DNA of 64,000 nt from Alkalispirochaeta sp. (GCA_965601925.1 OZ271854.1:3968001-4032000); one strand, 5' to 3'; shown: positions 41,064 to 51,367, numbered from the stretch's first letter. Made by a program: numbers and translations. Notes: a model not told the origin generated them from the sequence alone.

Positions 41064-42815
41064 GTGATCAACGATATACGAAACGTGCGTAACGGTGTCT
41101 CGGCGCGATGGTGGCACGACGCGGTCTTTTACGAGATCTACGTGCAGAGCTTCTACGACTCGAACGGAGACGGGATCGGCGATCTCTCGGGAGTTACGGC
41201 AAAGCTCGACTATCTACGCGAGTTGGGAGTCGATTGCATCTGGTTGTCGCCGATCATGGCCTCGCCCTTTGCCGACTGCGGATACGACTCGTCGGACCAC
41301 TACGCGATTAACCCCGATTTCGGCACGTTCGACGACTTTTACACGCTCCTGCGCGAGGCGCATCGCCGTGACATGCGCGTCATTCTCGATCTCGTATTGG
41401 GCTATACCTCCGATCAGCATCCGTGGTTCCAATCGGCGCGGCACGATCGCTTTGCTCCGACGCGCGACTTCTACGTATGGGCCAAGGGAGTCGACGGCGG
41501 GCCGCCCAATAACTGGTTCAGTAGCGCCGCCTCGCGCCCCGCATGGCAGTACAACGAGGCGACCGACGATTATTTCTACTACGCCTTTCTGCCGGAGCAG
41601 CCGCATCTGAACTGGACCAATCCGCAGCTCGAAGAGGAGATGGTGCACGTCTTTACCTTCTGGCTCGAGACCGGAATCGACGGGTACCGGCTGGATGCGA
41701 TTAATTACTTGTACGCCGATCGCGAGCTTCGCAACAACCCCAAAGAGGGCTTTCACCAGATTCACGTCGCCGACCGTAACCATCGCAACGTTCATCGAGT
41801 ACTTCGTAGATTGCGCTCCATCGCCGACGGCTACGACGACGTGGTCCTTTTGGGCGAAGTCTTTCCGGGCGATACCACCGAGAGTAAGGAGTACCACGGG
41901 AACGGGGCCGACGAGTTGAACCTGACGTTCAATTTCTCGTTCAGTACGTTGCCGGAGAACACGCGTTGGTACGACGGCGAGAGTGTAAGCGGCAATATCG
42001 ACGTTCCGTCGGGCGCCGACGGCTTTTCGGCGTCCACCTTCCGCCGTTTGCTGACGAACTACGACTTGGTCTACTCCGCCCTCGAGTTGTGGCCCACGGT
42101 GGTCTTGGGGAATCACGACCAACCGAGGATATACAGCATCTACGCCGAGATGTACCCGAACCACCCGGACCGTATTGCCAAGGTGATGGCGACCTATAAC
42201 TTGACGGCCAAAGGTACGCCCTTTCTCTACGCGGGAGAGGAGATCGGTATGGAGAATATGGTATTCTCCGACGTCTCGCAATTCAAAGATCTTTTCGGGG
42301 TGAGCTACTATCACTACCTCATCGACACGGAGGGGCTTTCGGCGGCCGATGCACTCAAGAAATCACAGCGCGTCGCGCGCGATAAGTGCCGGACACCGAT
42401 GCAATGGTCGACGGAGGCGAACGCCGGTTTCAGCACCAACGCCGAGACGTGGCAGCTGGTCAATCCGAACTACCGGACCAAGAACGCTGCCGTCATGGAA
42501 CGTGGAGCGGACTCGATATTGCAGTACTATCGTTCGCTCATCGCAATGCGCCGACAGTTTCCCGTCCTCCGCTACGGCGCGTATCGTTGGATCGCGGCGG
42601 ACTCGATGGACGTCATAGCGTATGAGCGCACCGGTCCCGACGGCGGCGTGGCGGTTCTACTCAATCTTTCCATCCAACCGCAAACGGTCAACCTCGGTTC
42701 CTTCCGCGGCTCCGTCCTGCTATCGAATACGTCGAGGAAAGTCGACGATACGGTCGACGGTACGGTCGATCTGGAGCCGGTAGAGAGCCTCGTTGTCGGC
42801 TATTCGAATCCGTAG
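41064..42815 (+). CDS. GH13 alpha-glucosidase/oligo-1,6-glucosidase
   Basis: YEIY..SF.DSNGDGIGDL.G, GIDGYRLDA, GE, NHDQPR, RD..RTPMQW. Confidence 0.92.
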   Translation: MINDIRNVRNGVSARWWHDAVFYEIYVQSFYDSNGDGIGDLSGVTAKLDYLRELGVDCIWLSPIMASPFADCGYDSSDHYAINPDFGTFDDFYTLLREAHRRDMRVILDLVLGYTSDQHPWFQSARHDRFAPTRDFYVWAKGVDGGPPNNWFSSAASRPAWQYNEATDDYFYYAFLPEQPHLNWTNPQLEEEMVHVFTFWLETGIDGYRLDAINYLYADRELRNNPKEGFHQIHVADRNHRNVHRVLRRLRSIADGYDDVVLLGEVFPGDTTESKEYHGNGADELNLTFNFSFSTLPENTRWYDGESVSGNIDVPSGADGFSASTFRRLLTNYDLVYSALELWPTVVLGNHDQPRIYSIYAEMYPNHPDRIAKVMATYNLTAKGTPFLYAGEEIGMENMVFSDVSQFKDLFGVSYYHYLIDTEGLSAADALKKSQRVARDKCRTPMQWSTEANAGFSTNAETWQLVNPNYRTKNAAVMERGADSILQYYRSLIAMRRQFPVLRYGAYRWIAADSMDVIAYERTGPDGGVAVLLNLSIQPQTVNLGSFRGSVLLSNTSRKVDDTVDGTVDLEPVESLVVGYSNP

Positions 42816-42824
42816 GAGGCGGGC

Positions 42825-43727
42825 GTGAAACTCACCGGGAGCGGCACACGGTCGGAGCGGAGAGCGGGACTCATGTTTGTGTCGCCCGCGGTGCTCTTTA
42901 TCGTCGCCTTTATCGCCTATCCGACCGTCTACAATATCGCCTTAAGTTTTCGCGACATCTCGGTCACCAACTTGCTCGGCGAGCAGCCGTTTATCGGGCT
43001 GGCCAACTACGCCCGCGCCCTCGGCTCCGACGTCTTTCGCGTCTCGTTGGGCAATACGTTCGTCTACACCGCCGGCTCGATCTTTTTTCAGTTCATCATC
43101 GGCTTCGCCCTGGCACTCTACTTCGCCCGTCCGTTTCCCGGCGCCGCATACATTCGCGGCCTGTTGATGGTGAGTTGGTTGTTGCCGCTGGTGGTGACCG
43201 GTATTCTGTGGCGCTGGATTCTCGCCGGCGACTCGGGACTGATTAATGTCGTGCTGATGCGACTCGGAGTCGTGGCGGAACCGATCTTCTGGTTCAATCA
43301 GGCGACGACGGCGATGTGGTCGGTTATCGTCGCCAACATCTGGGTAGGCGTTCCGTTTAACATGGTGCTCCTCGCCACCGGTATGCTGACTCTACCGGCC
43401 GACGTCTACGAGGCGGCGATCATCGACGGGGCGACGGCGGTACAGCGCTTCTTCTTTATCACCGTACCGCTCCTACGACCGACGATCGTGGCCGTCGTCA
43501 CCCTGGGTTTCATCTACACCTTTAAGGCGTTCGACCTGATTCTCGTCATGACCGGCGGCGGACCGGTGAATGCAACCGAGCTTCTGTCTACCCTCGCCTA
43601 TCGCGAGACGTTCGATAACTTCAACTTCGGATACGGTTCGGCCATCGCGAATCTGCTCTTTCTGATACTGCTCGTCGTCGGACTGATGTACCTTCGCGCG
43701 GTCGCCGCCGAAGAGAGGGAGGCGTAG
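42825..43727 (+). CDS. Sugar ABC permease
   Basis: YEAAIIDGA (EAA loop), MTGGGP. Confidence 0.92.
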   Translation: MKLTGSGTRSERRAGLMFVSPAVLFIVAFIAYPTVYNIALSFRDISVTNLLGEQPFIGLANYARALGSDVFRVSLGNTFVYTAGSIFFQFIIGFALALYFARPFPGAAYIRGLLMVSWLLPLVVTGILWRWILAGDSGLINVVLMRLGVVAEPIFWFNQATTAMWSVIVANIWVGVPFNMVLLATGMLTLPADVYEAAIIDGATAVQRFFFITVPLLRPTIVAVVTLGFIYTFKAFDLILVMTGGGPVNATELLSTLAYRETFDNFNFGYGSAIANLLFLILLVVGLMYLRAVAAEEREA

Positions 43728-43730
43728 CCT

Positions 43731-44576
43731 GTGGCGGCGAACACGAGGGCGTGGAAACGCTGGATCCAATCGGCCGGCGCGGTGATCTTTGCGGCGCTCT
43801 TTCTCTTTCCCCTCTATTGGATGCTCATTACCTCGGTGAAGACGAGTGATGAGATCTTCGCCCTGCGCCCGACTCTATGGCCCCGAGAATGGACGTGGGA
43901 GGGGTATCGTAGTCAACTGACCGCGCGCGAGAGCGTCTCGATTCTCCGGTACTTCTACAACAGCACCGTGATTTCGGTCTGGACGACGGCGGTGAGTCTC
44001 TTTTTCGGCGTAACCTCGGGCTACGGGTTGGCGCGCTTTCGATTTCGTATCGGGCGCGCGGTTCTGTTCATCTTTCTCGTCGCCCAGATGCTGCCGGCGG
44101 TGATGTTCTTGGTACCTCTCTTTCAAACCTTCACCGCTCTCGGATTGATCGACACCTACACCGCCGTGGTGATCAATGTCGCCCTCTTTACCGTCCCGTT
44201 CAGCGTGCTCATTCTGCGCCCGTATTTCTTGTCCGTGCCGAAAGAGCTTGAAGATTCGGCGCGGATCGACGGGTGCGGCAGAATCGGAACCTTTGCGCGC
44301 ATCGTGGTGCCGGTCGCCTCCCCGGGCATCATCGTGGCCGGCGCGCTCTCGTTTCTACTCGCGTGGGGCAATCTCATAGGTCCCCTCACCTTCCTACGTA
44401 CCGAGACGATGTACCCGTTAACGGTTAATATGTACCGTGCATTGGGACGCTACGGCGCGCGCTGGGGTGAGCTCATGGCGTACGCCGCCATCGTGACACT
44501 ACCGGTGGTCGCCCTGTTCGTCGCACTGCAACGATACCTCGTGGCGGGGTTGACCGCCGGTTCGGTCAAAGGATGA
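43731..44576 (+). CDS. Sugar ABC permease
   Basis: ELEDSARIDG, GLTAGSVKG. Confidence 0.92.
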   Translation: MAANTRAWKRWIQSAGAVIFAALFLFPLYWMLITSVKTSDEIFALRPTLWPREWTWEGYRSQLTARESVSILRYFYNSTVISVWTTAVSLFFGVTSGYGLARFRFRIGRAVLFIFLVAQMLPAVMFLVPLFQTFTALGLIDTYTAVVINVALFTVPFSVLILRPYFLSVPKELEDSARIDGCGRIGTFARIVVPVASPGIIVAGALSFLLAWGNLIGPLTFLRTETMYPLTVNMYRALGRYGARWGELMAYAAIVTLPVVALFVALQRYLVAGLTAGSVKG

Positions 44577-45787
44577 CGAAAGAAAACATACAACTCTCCG
44601 CGGTTCAGTGGTTGTACTGGTCGAGCTTCGGCCTCCTGTTCATGTTTCTCGTGGCCTATCTGGAACGGCTCGGCTACGCGGCGGTCCAAATCGGAGTCGT
44701 CATGGGGGTCGTATCGGCCGCCGCAATGGCGGGTCAACCCTTTTGGGGAATCGTCGCCGACCGCACGGGTCGCATCGGTACCGTGATTTGGCGATTGCTA
44801 CTCGTCTCGGCGATTCTATCGCTCCTGTTTCTCCTCGTCGGGAGGAACATCGTGTTGATTGCCGCCCTCGCCGCAACGATCGCCTTCACCCTTCAGGCCC
44901 TCGCGCCCGTCATCGACAGCTGGACGATGCACTACTACGAGATCCTGCCGACGGTGAACTACGGATTGTCGCGTGCGATGGGATCGGTCGGCTTCTCGCT
45001 CTCGGTTGCCGTAGCCGGCCGTGTATACGATACGTTCGGTATCGAGCTGATGTTCCCGAGCTTTGCCGTCGTCTGTGCGGCGGCGGCCGGGTGCGTCGCC
45101 CTCACGAATCGCGGCTATCGCGTCGCGTGTCGGCGCACGGCGCCGATCGACGGCGGCGAGCAAAACCACGTCGCACCGCACCTCTTCGGTAGCCTCCGCG
45201 GGTTTCTGCGGGCCGACGTGATCGCTTTTTTGGCGGTCTGCATCGCCTCATTTACCGCCCTTCGCGCAGCGCAAATATTTCTCCCGCTGTTGATGAGTGA
45301 GATCGGCGGCGCCAATACGGAACTCGGCTATGCACTGTCGGTCATGGCGATCAGCGAGGTGCCGTTTATGGTGTTTTTCACCGTCGTCGCACGACGCATT
45401 CGCGATACCGACATCTTGTTGATCGCCCTCGTATTCTTCCTCGTGCGCGTCGGTAGCCACCTGTTCGCCGCGACGCCGTGGAGTGTCGTCGTGATCCAGG
45501 CGATCCAGGGACCCAGCTTCGGCCTCTTTTTACCGGCGAGCGTACACTACATGAACCGCGTCGCACCGACGGGCGCCAAGACCGTCGCACAGACGCTGGC
45601 GGCGTTATGCACCTTCGGTCTGGGGAGCGTCTTCGGTAGTGCCGGCGGAGGGTACGTGGTGGAGACCCTCGGAGTGCGGGCGATGTACGGGGTGGCGAGC
45701 GTTCTCATGTTGGGCACGATCGTTGCGTACATAGCGTTCTTCTATTGGCCCGGGTGGGCGGCGCGCCGGCGAGGGCGCGTGCTGTAA
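44573..45787 (+). CDS. MFS transporter (LacY/nucleoside-symporter-like)
   Basis: QPFWG.VADR, YG..R.MGS.GF, SEVPF. Confidence 0.85.
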   Translation: MTKENIQLSAVQWLYWSSFGLLFMFLVAYLERLGYAAVQIGVVMGVVSAAAMAGQPFWGIVADRTGRIGTVIWRLLLVSAILSLLFLLVGRNIVLIAALAATIAFTLQALAPVIDSWTMHYYEILPTVNYGLSRAMGSVGFSLSVAVAGRVYDTFGIELMFPSFAVVCAAAAGCVALTNRGYRVACRRTAPIDGGEQNHVAPHLFGSLRGFLRADVIAFLAVCIASFTALRAAQIFLPLLMSEIGGANTELGYALSVMAISEVPFMVFFTVVARRIRDTDILLIALVFFLVRVGSHLFAATPWSVVVIQAIQGPSFGLFLPASVHYMNRVAPTGAKTVAQTLAALCTFGLGSVFGSAGGGYVVETLGVRAMYGVASVLMLGTIVAYIAFFYWPGWAARRRGRVL

Positions 45788-45960
45788 CTGGGTCGCGACC
45801 GGATGACCGTGTCCTCCGGCTCAGTAGACGAGGCGTCTGAAGTCGCCCGATGCCACGGCCATCCGGGCGTGAGTGATGTAGATCGCGCCCGCCGGCACTT
45901 GGTGGATCGTGTAGGGAGAAGCGGAAGCGGGGCGGGATGTTTTCTAGGGCGCGTGCTGTA
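45772..45960. repeat. 15-bp direct repeat AGGGCGCGTGCTGTA
   Basis: Identical copies at 45772-45786 and 45946-45960. Confidence 0.75.
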
Positions 45961-46027
45961 GCAAGGAGTGCGGAAGGGCGACGTCGTCAACCGCGCATCC
46001 AGGCCGTGGGCGGAATGTGGTTGGGAG

Positions 46028-47860
46028 TTACGAAGGAGGTGTTCCCCAGCCGTCCTCTTCGTTGATCGCACGCGCCGCCTCCCACATGATCGGCCACGCC
46101 TCCAGAAGGTCGGCCCATTGGGCGTAGAAGTGTTGATGGATCGCCAAGGACTCTGCGATGCTCCGTTCCGGGGAGCGTAGCTCTAACGCTACGACAGAGT
46201 CGGGGTCGGCGATCTCGCGGTCCATGTAGGAGATGTATGCCCCGAGCTCATCGGCCCACCAGACCGGTTCGGCGTTGTAAAGGTCGAGCTCGGTTTTCAG
46301 AATGCGTTGTAACATTTCCAGCTGGGCAACTTGAACGAGACGGAGATACTCGCGAAAACTGGCCGAGCTCATTCGGCCCACATCGCGAAAGCGTCCGGCC
46401 AGCTCGCCGACGCGCCGGGGGCCGGGTTCTCTGAGGAGGTCGATTGACAACCCCTTCAGAATAGCTTGGTTATACGTACCCAGATCGATTGTGTGAGTGC
46501 CTAAAAGGCTTTCGGAGAAAGGAGCCTTCGGAGAGGGATCGTGAAAGGCGCTAAATGGCACGCTACCGAAGAGTCCGGCGGGATAGAGCATCTTTTGCAC
46601 CATACGAAAACAAATGTCTTCCCTTCGTCCCCACACAAAAAAAGGCAAGAGTTCTCGCGTGGCATCGAGAGAGCAGAGCGCCGTGGAAAACATGTCACCG
46701 ACATCGAGTGTCAGTGCCGTGGTCTGTCGTATACAGAGGGCTTGACGGCGCACGCTCTCAAAACCGTACTCGTGATGGATGGTTTCATTCAGGTGCTCCA
46801 TCCGGAACAAGAACGTACGAAGAGGAATAGCGAATTGTCGAGCCCCGTAGCATCCCGCCGATGCGGCAATGATGGTAGGTCGTCCCGTTTCCAATAGCCA
46901 CGCCGCTTTAGAGCTGATCGACGACATGTCGACACGATTGCCAAACACCGTTGTCGAGTGTCCCAGCGGCTCTATGAGCTTATCGATACTATCGTCTTCC
47001 GCCGGATAAAGCGCATTTTCGATATCCGCCATCGACGGAAAGAACCGGAGATCATGCATCGACGTCTCGAATACGACGCTTTTGTCATCACTCGATTTGA
47101 TATGGGCAAAGCGTCTCCGAATATCGTCGTCGCTCGCGACAATGCGCCGTCCCGCGCCCATCAATAATGTGATGTTACGAGTCGACCCGAATGTAGAAAC
47201 GCTCTCCGGAGCGCCGACTCCCGTGAGGCCGAACTCCACAATGGCCGACGGCACTCCTTTTTCCGCAATACGCTTAATCACCAATGAAACGCGTCTCTCG
47301 CGCTCCTGCGGCGATATGTAGTCGACGTGAAGGCCCGCCGACTCGGCCGATGCGGCGGTGCGACGGTTGGATTCAATCGAGTCCCGGTCTCGACTATCGT
47401 CTACGACTACGATACGCGAAAAAAGCGTCTCACCGGGTCGACAGAAATCGTCGAGCCAGCCGGCAAATGATGCCGGACGGTCGCGAGTGATGCAGGATAG
47501 CATCACTTCGTTCTCCGTCGCCGATGGAGATTGGTCTGGGTGTTCGGTCGCGTGCCCGGGATCGAGAGCCGCGGCGAGGAGGCGACGAGGACGGAGCAGC
47601 CCGTCCCGCACCCACCTCTCAACCAAACCGTACAACCGGTCGACATCGACGTTTGAGATGTCCGCCAGGTCGGAACTCGCCAGGGTTGTGAGGTGATCCC
47701 GTAGCGTTAAGCAACCGCTGAGGCTCGCCAGTAGATCGGCTTCCAGCGACGCCACCCGGTGCGTCTTGTTCTCGTTGCGGTTTTGCAAGAAGACCGAGTT
47801 GTCCCCGATAGGAATCCGATCGCAGTACGCGGGATAGTACTCAGTGTCGCGTACCGTCAC
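46028..47860 (-). CDS. Hypothetical GT-A/GT2-like protein with an N-terminal wHTH-like extension
   Basis: ITRDRP, IVVVDDS, G.TRN, ASDDD, GRRED. Confidence 0.6.
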   Translation of the reverse strand: MTVRDTEYYPAYCDRIPIGDNSVFLQNRNENKTHRVASLEADLLASLSGCLTLRDHLTTLASSDLADISNVDVDRLYGLVERWVRDGLLRPRRLLAAALDPGHATEHPDQSPSATENEVMLSCITRDRPASFAGWLDDFCRPGETLFSRIVVVDDSRDRDSIESNRRTAASAESAGLHVDYISPQERERRVSLVIKRIAEKGVPSAIVEFGLTGVGAPESVSTFGSTRNITLLMGAGRRIVASDDDIRRRFAHIKSSDDKSVVFETSMHDLRFFPSMADIENALYPAEDDSIDKLIEPLGHSTTVFGNRVDMSSISSKAAWLLETGRPTIIAASAGCYGARQFAIPLRTFLFRMEHLNETIHHEYGFESVRRQALCIRQTTALTLDVGDMFSTALCSLDATRELLPFFVWGRREDICFRMVQKMLYPAGLFGSVPFSAFHDPSPKAPFSESLLGTHTIDLGTYNQAILKGLSIDLLREPGPRRVGELAGRFRDVGRMSSASFREYLRLVQVAQLEMLQRILKTELDLYNAEPVWWADELGAYISYMDREIADPDSVVALELRSPERSIAESLAIHQHFYAQWADLLEAWPIMWEAARAINEEDGWGTPPS

Positions 47861-49299
47861 GGGATAAGACCCTCACCGGCGTGGTTTAGCTCCACCGCGG
47901 CGCTCCACACCTCCGGCCACACCGCAAGAAGCTCGCCGTATCGGCGGCACGCCGCCCGATGGCGACGGCCCGCCTCTATCGCGCCCACGTCCTGTCGCAG
48001 TTCGCGCGCCTGCGCGTTGTCGGCATCCAGCGCTTGATCCTGAAGGCGCGCCAAATAATCCTCCAAATCGGCGGCCCACCACTTCGGCTTTCCGGAATGA
48101 CGCTCCAACAGCCGGTTGCCGCGCCCGACGGTGGCGGCAACGTGGTTCAGCCACAGGGTGTGACAGAACCTCACCCACTCCCGGTCATTGAGCCGTGCAA
48201 GGTCGCGCAATTGGCCGCCCAGGTCAACCATGGCCCCCGCGTCGTCTTCGGCCACGGCGTGACGGTTGAGATAGTCGAGGATTAGGAGCGACAGTTGGTT
48301 GAAGTCGGCCGACGCGTCGGCCATGGCGGTGTCGGCGAAGGGCTCTCCTTGCGGAGCGTCGTAATGTATACAGAACGGAACGTGTGCGATCGCGTCGCGC
48401 GACCGGCAGCGGAGTGCAGCGGCGGCCCATGAGAAGCTCTCGTTGCGTCCTGCGGTTGGAAAGGGCGGCAGGAGGACGCGCGCGTCGACGGCGAAACACC
48501 GCGTGAGAAAGAAGGGACTGCGCGTCCTCATAGGGGCCGGAGACTGGAGCACCGCCGATGGAGAGCGCATCATGGCCCGGTATTGCCGCCGGCCGCGATA
48601 GGAACGCGAGTGGAGCTCGTCGGTGGCGTAGAGCGCCGCCTGGGGCCGATCGAACCACGGTCTTCCCGCTGTGCCGGCCATCGTCGCAAAGACGCGGCTG
48701 CCGCCCGCCGACTGAGGTGCATCGGCCTTCTCGCCCGTCTCGAACGGTGAGACGAGGGCGTGAACGGGATCGCCCGTCCACGGTTCGAGCGTTTTCCGTA
48801 GCGCCTTCTCGCCGTCGAAGAATCCAACGATTACACGCTCGGGAGAGTCCTTCCCTGACGGTGACGAGACGATAGTATCCGATCGTACGTGAGAAAAACG
48901 AAACGCCGTGTCGCCGTCGATGCTCACCGCGACGCGTCCCGCGCACGCGAGGAGCATCGCGTTACGGACGCCCCCGGCGCCCCGAACTGGCTCCAGACCC
49001 GCTCCCATGCCAAAGGCCGTATCGGCAAGCCGATCGGCCTCGTCGCTCCGACCGAGATAGGCCGCTATCTTTGAGACGAGCCGTCGTTGCTGCGCAGCAT
49101 CGGAGGCACTCTCGCCATCCGGCGTGTCGCTGGGAACGGTGCTACGCGTATCCCGGAAGACTACCGGTACACGGTCTAATATCTCTTGTGGAAAGGACGC
49201 TCCTGGCTCAGTCTCGCCGCGAGAGACGATACATACGACCCTATCTCGCGGGTTGATGCCGCCCTCCCCAATCGACGAGGAGGGCATAATCGGCAACAA
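47857..49299 (-). CDS. Divergent paralog of the downstream GT-A-like protein
   Basis: GGVRNAMLL..AGR..VSIDGD, LPPF...GRNE, P.WWA..L, LL..WP..W.AA shared; start uncertain. Confidence 0.6.
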   Translation of the reverse strand: MLPIMPSSSIGEGGINPRDRVVCIVSRGETEPGASFPQEILDRVPVVFRDTRSTVPSDTPDGESASDAAQQRRLVSKIAAYLGRSDEADRLADTAFGMGAGLEPVRGAGGVRNAMLLACAGRVAVSIDGDTAFRFSHVRSDTIVSSPSGKDSPERVIVGFFDGEKALRKTLEPWTGDPVHALVSPFETGEKADAPQSAGGSRVFATMAGTAGRPWFDRPQAALYATDELHSRSYRGRRQYRAMMRSPSAVLQSPAPMRTRSPFFLTRCFAVDARVLLPPFPTAGRNESFSWAAAALRCRSRDAIAHVPFCIHYDAPQGEPFADTAMADASADFNQLSLLILDYLNRHAVAEDDAGAMVDLGGQLRDLARLNDREWVRFCHTLWLNHVAATVGRGNRLLERHSGKPKWWAADLEDYLARLQDQALDADNAQARELRQDVGAIEAGRRHRAACRRYGELLAVWPEVWSAAVELNHAGEGLIP

Positions 49300-49334
49300 A
49301 GACCCGGTACACGCTACGTTATCGTCCCCTTAGT

Positions 49335-50657
49335 TTACCTTAGCTCTTGCGCACCACCGGGTTGAAACTCGTATATCTGTATCGCCGGCGTTGGGTCCGT
49401 CCCTACCGTAAAGGGCGCGGATATGCCAATGACCGGCACCTCGTACGGACTTTCTCCGGAGGGTAGCTCGGGCCCGAATCCTCGAGATGGTTCCGACGTG
49501 ATGACAATTCTGACTCGCTTACCCTCCAATACGCCCTCTATTCTTGTCACCGACAAATCGTTGGGATCGGCCGGTGAAGAGGAACGCTCGCCCGTCGCCG
49601 AACTGGAAACAGGAGTACCGTCGGCATTCAAGAGCGCCACATCCTGCAGAGAGGTTCGTATTCCTGGTATTGTCCCCTCTTGACCGAGAGGTTCATCCTC
49701 CCATGGAACATAATAGCCGGCTTCGACGTGACCAATTACAAATGAAAGTATATCTATATCGCCACCGCTCTCGTCGGCGTCAATGATATCGTAGTATAGC
49801 GTTGTTGGGACTACATAGGTTTCCGGGTTGGTATTCGGATTACCCGGTTCGCGTCGGGCTCCTATTGGATCACTGAAATTGATATCGGCCGCCTGAGGAT
49901 CCAAAACAATATCCAAGTCTACAAACACCGGCTCAGGCTCGGGTTCCGGCTCAGGCTCAGGCTCGGGTTCCGGCTCCGGTTCGGGTTCAGGCTCCGGTTC
50001 GGGCTCTTCCTCCGGTACAACCCCGTAGCGCTCCTCCATGAAGGAGTCCAGCGCGTCCCAGTTGTCCCCGAGTGCAAGATCGACTTGCTGCGTCTCTCCG
50101 CCGGTGATCGTCGCGGTGGAGAATCCCACTACCTCGTCGCCACTATTCGGACCGTATGCTTCCACGATTACCAGATATTCACTTCCCGCGCGCAGCCCGT
50201 TGAATGTCGTGGAGCCGGAGGCGCCGGCCTCGTAGGTAAAGAACGATCCCTGGAACTGAGCTCCCGGAAAGGCGAGATCAAATCGGTACGATGCGACGAA
50301 TGCCTCGAATGAGTCCACGTCGCCGCTGTCGAGGGCCGCTAATTGGGCGCTAAAGACCTCTTCGATCGACTGCTCCACGTCATTAAATAACGACTCGGCG
50401 ACATCCGGTCCGCCGCGAAGCAGGCTGTCCTCCGCTACGGTAATGAGAAAAAAGCCGAGTGAATCGAGCTCCACGGACGCCGAGACGTCCGAGCCCGACA
50501 CGCTGGACAGCGCGCCACCGGGGTCGCTTATCCGTATGGCGAGGCCCCCCTCGCCTTCCGACGGCGTCCAGTAGCACGCCGCCAATAACACGACGAGCGA
50601 TACGAGCGCCGCCGCTCGTATCGCCTTCGTTCCATGCGATAGTTTTCCGGTATTCAT
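49335..50657 (-). CDS. Acidic lipoprotein with an (EP)13 linker
   Basis: LAA-C lipobox; SD GAGG. Confidence 0.8.
   Translation of the reverse strand: MNTGKLSHGTKAIRAAALVSLVVLLAACYWTPSEGEGGLAIRISDPGGALSSVSGSDVSASVELDSLGFFLITVAEDSLLRGGPDVAESLFNDVEQSIEEVFSAQLAALDSGDVDSFEAFVASYRFDLAFPGAQFQGSFFTYEAGASGSTTFNGLRAGSEYLVIVEAYGPNSGDEVVGFSTATITGGETQQVDLALGDNWDALDSFMEERYGVVPEEEPEPEPEPEPEPEPEPEPEPEPEPEPVFVDLDIVLDPQAADINFSDPIGARREPGNPNTNPETYVVPTTLYYDIIDADESGGDIDILSFVIGHVEAGYYVPWEDEPLGQEGTIPGIRTSLQDVALLNADGTPVSSSATGERSSSPADPNDLSVTRIEGVLEGKRVRIVITSEPSRGFGPELPSGESPYEVPVIGISAPFTVGTDPTPAIQIYEFQPGGAQELR
49929..50006 (-). repeat. Coding 6-bp tandem repeat, 13 x Glu-Pro
   Basis: 13 NGGYTC hexamers on the + strand, with synonymous variation. 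Confidence 0.95.
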
Positions 50658-50692
50658 CGATACACCTCTCATGTGTCTCCCGAAGAAGACGA

Positions 50693-51367
50693 TCACGATC
50701 CGATCTCCCACTCGATCGTAAGACCCCCGCTATCCGGTGGGCCCTCAGGTCGCGGCTGTTCTCCCGGTCCGGTCCGAACTTCGACCGTCGTGTCGTCTTC
50801 CGCGACCCGCACGGGAGGCCTCGGCGGTGCGCCGCCGGTTGAGGTGCTGCGTTCGCCCCCGCCGACCGATACACCTTCGTTGAACCGATTTGCCAACCGC
50901 ACGACACCGGTCGATACGTCGAGGTTGGCCCCGTCGAAGACAAAGCTCGTTCCTCTCACCGACGCCGTCGCGATGGGGCTGCGTACCTGAAAATCGGCGT
51001 TGTTCCCCTCGGTGCCGCGTACGTCCGCGCTCAGGCGCCCGACGCGCAAAAACAGCTGACTGCGGTCGGTACCGTCTTGGGATACCAACTCGTCGATTCT
51101 CATGCGTGTGAGCGGGCTTACGTCGACGACGCTCGCGCCGATCTCGAGGCGCGCGGTCGCGTTAAAGCTCGTCGATATCGTCGCACCGGCGGGCACGATC
51201 GTTCCGGTTTCCACCGTCGTCCAGGCAGTAGCGCCCGGCTGTCGCACCTCGACTTTGCCGGTGGTCTCGACGACCGTCGCATCGATTCCCCATGTTGCGC
51301 CGCCGATGACGCTCAACAGCGCCAACACGGCGAGTACACGGTGTGGATGGTATAATCTCCCCTTCAT
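50693..51367 (-). CDS. Secreted FecR-domain protein
   Basis: Signal peptide, G.VEV, F.VRSP.ATASVRGT.F, V..G.V. Confidence 0.85.
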   Translation of the reverse strand: MKGRLYHPHRVLAVLALLSVIGGATWGIDATVVETTGKVEVRQPGATAWTTVETGTIVPAGATISTSFNATARLEIGASVVDVSPLTRMRIDELVSQDGTDRSQLFLRVGRLSADVRGTEGNNADFQVRSPIATASVRGTSFVFDGANLDVSTGVVRLANRFNEGVSVGGGERSTSTGGAPPRPPVRVAEDDTTVEVRTGPGEQPRPEGPPDSGGLTIEWEIGS

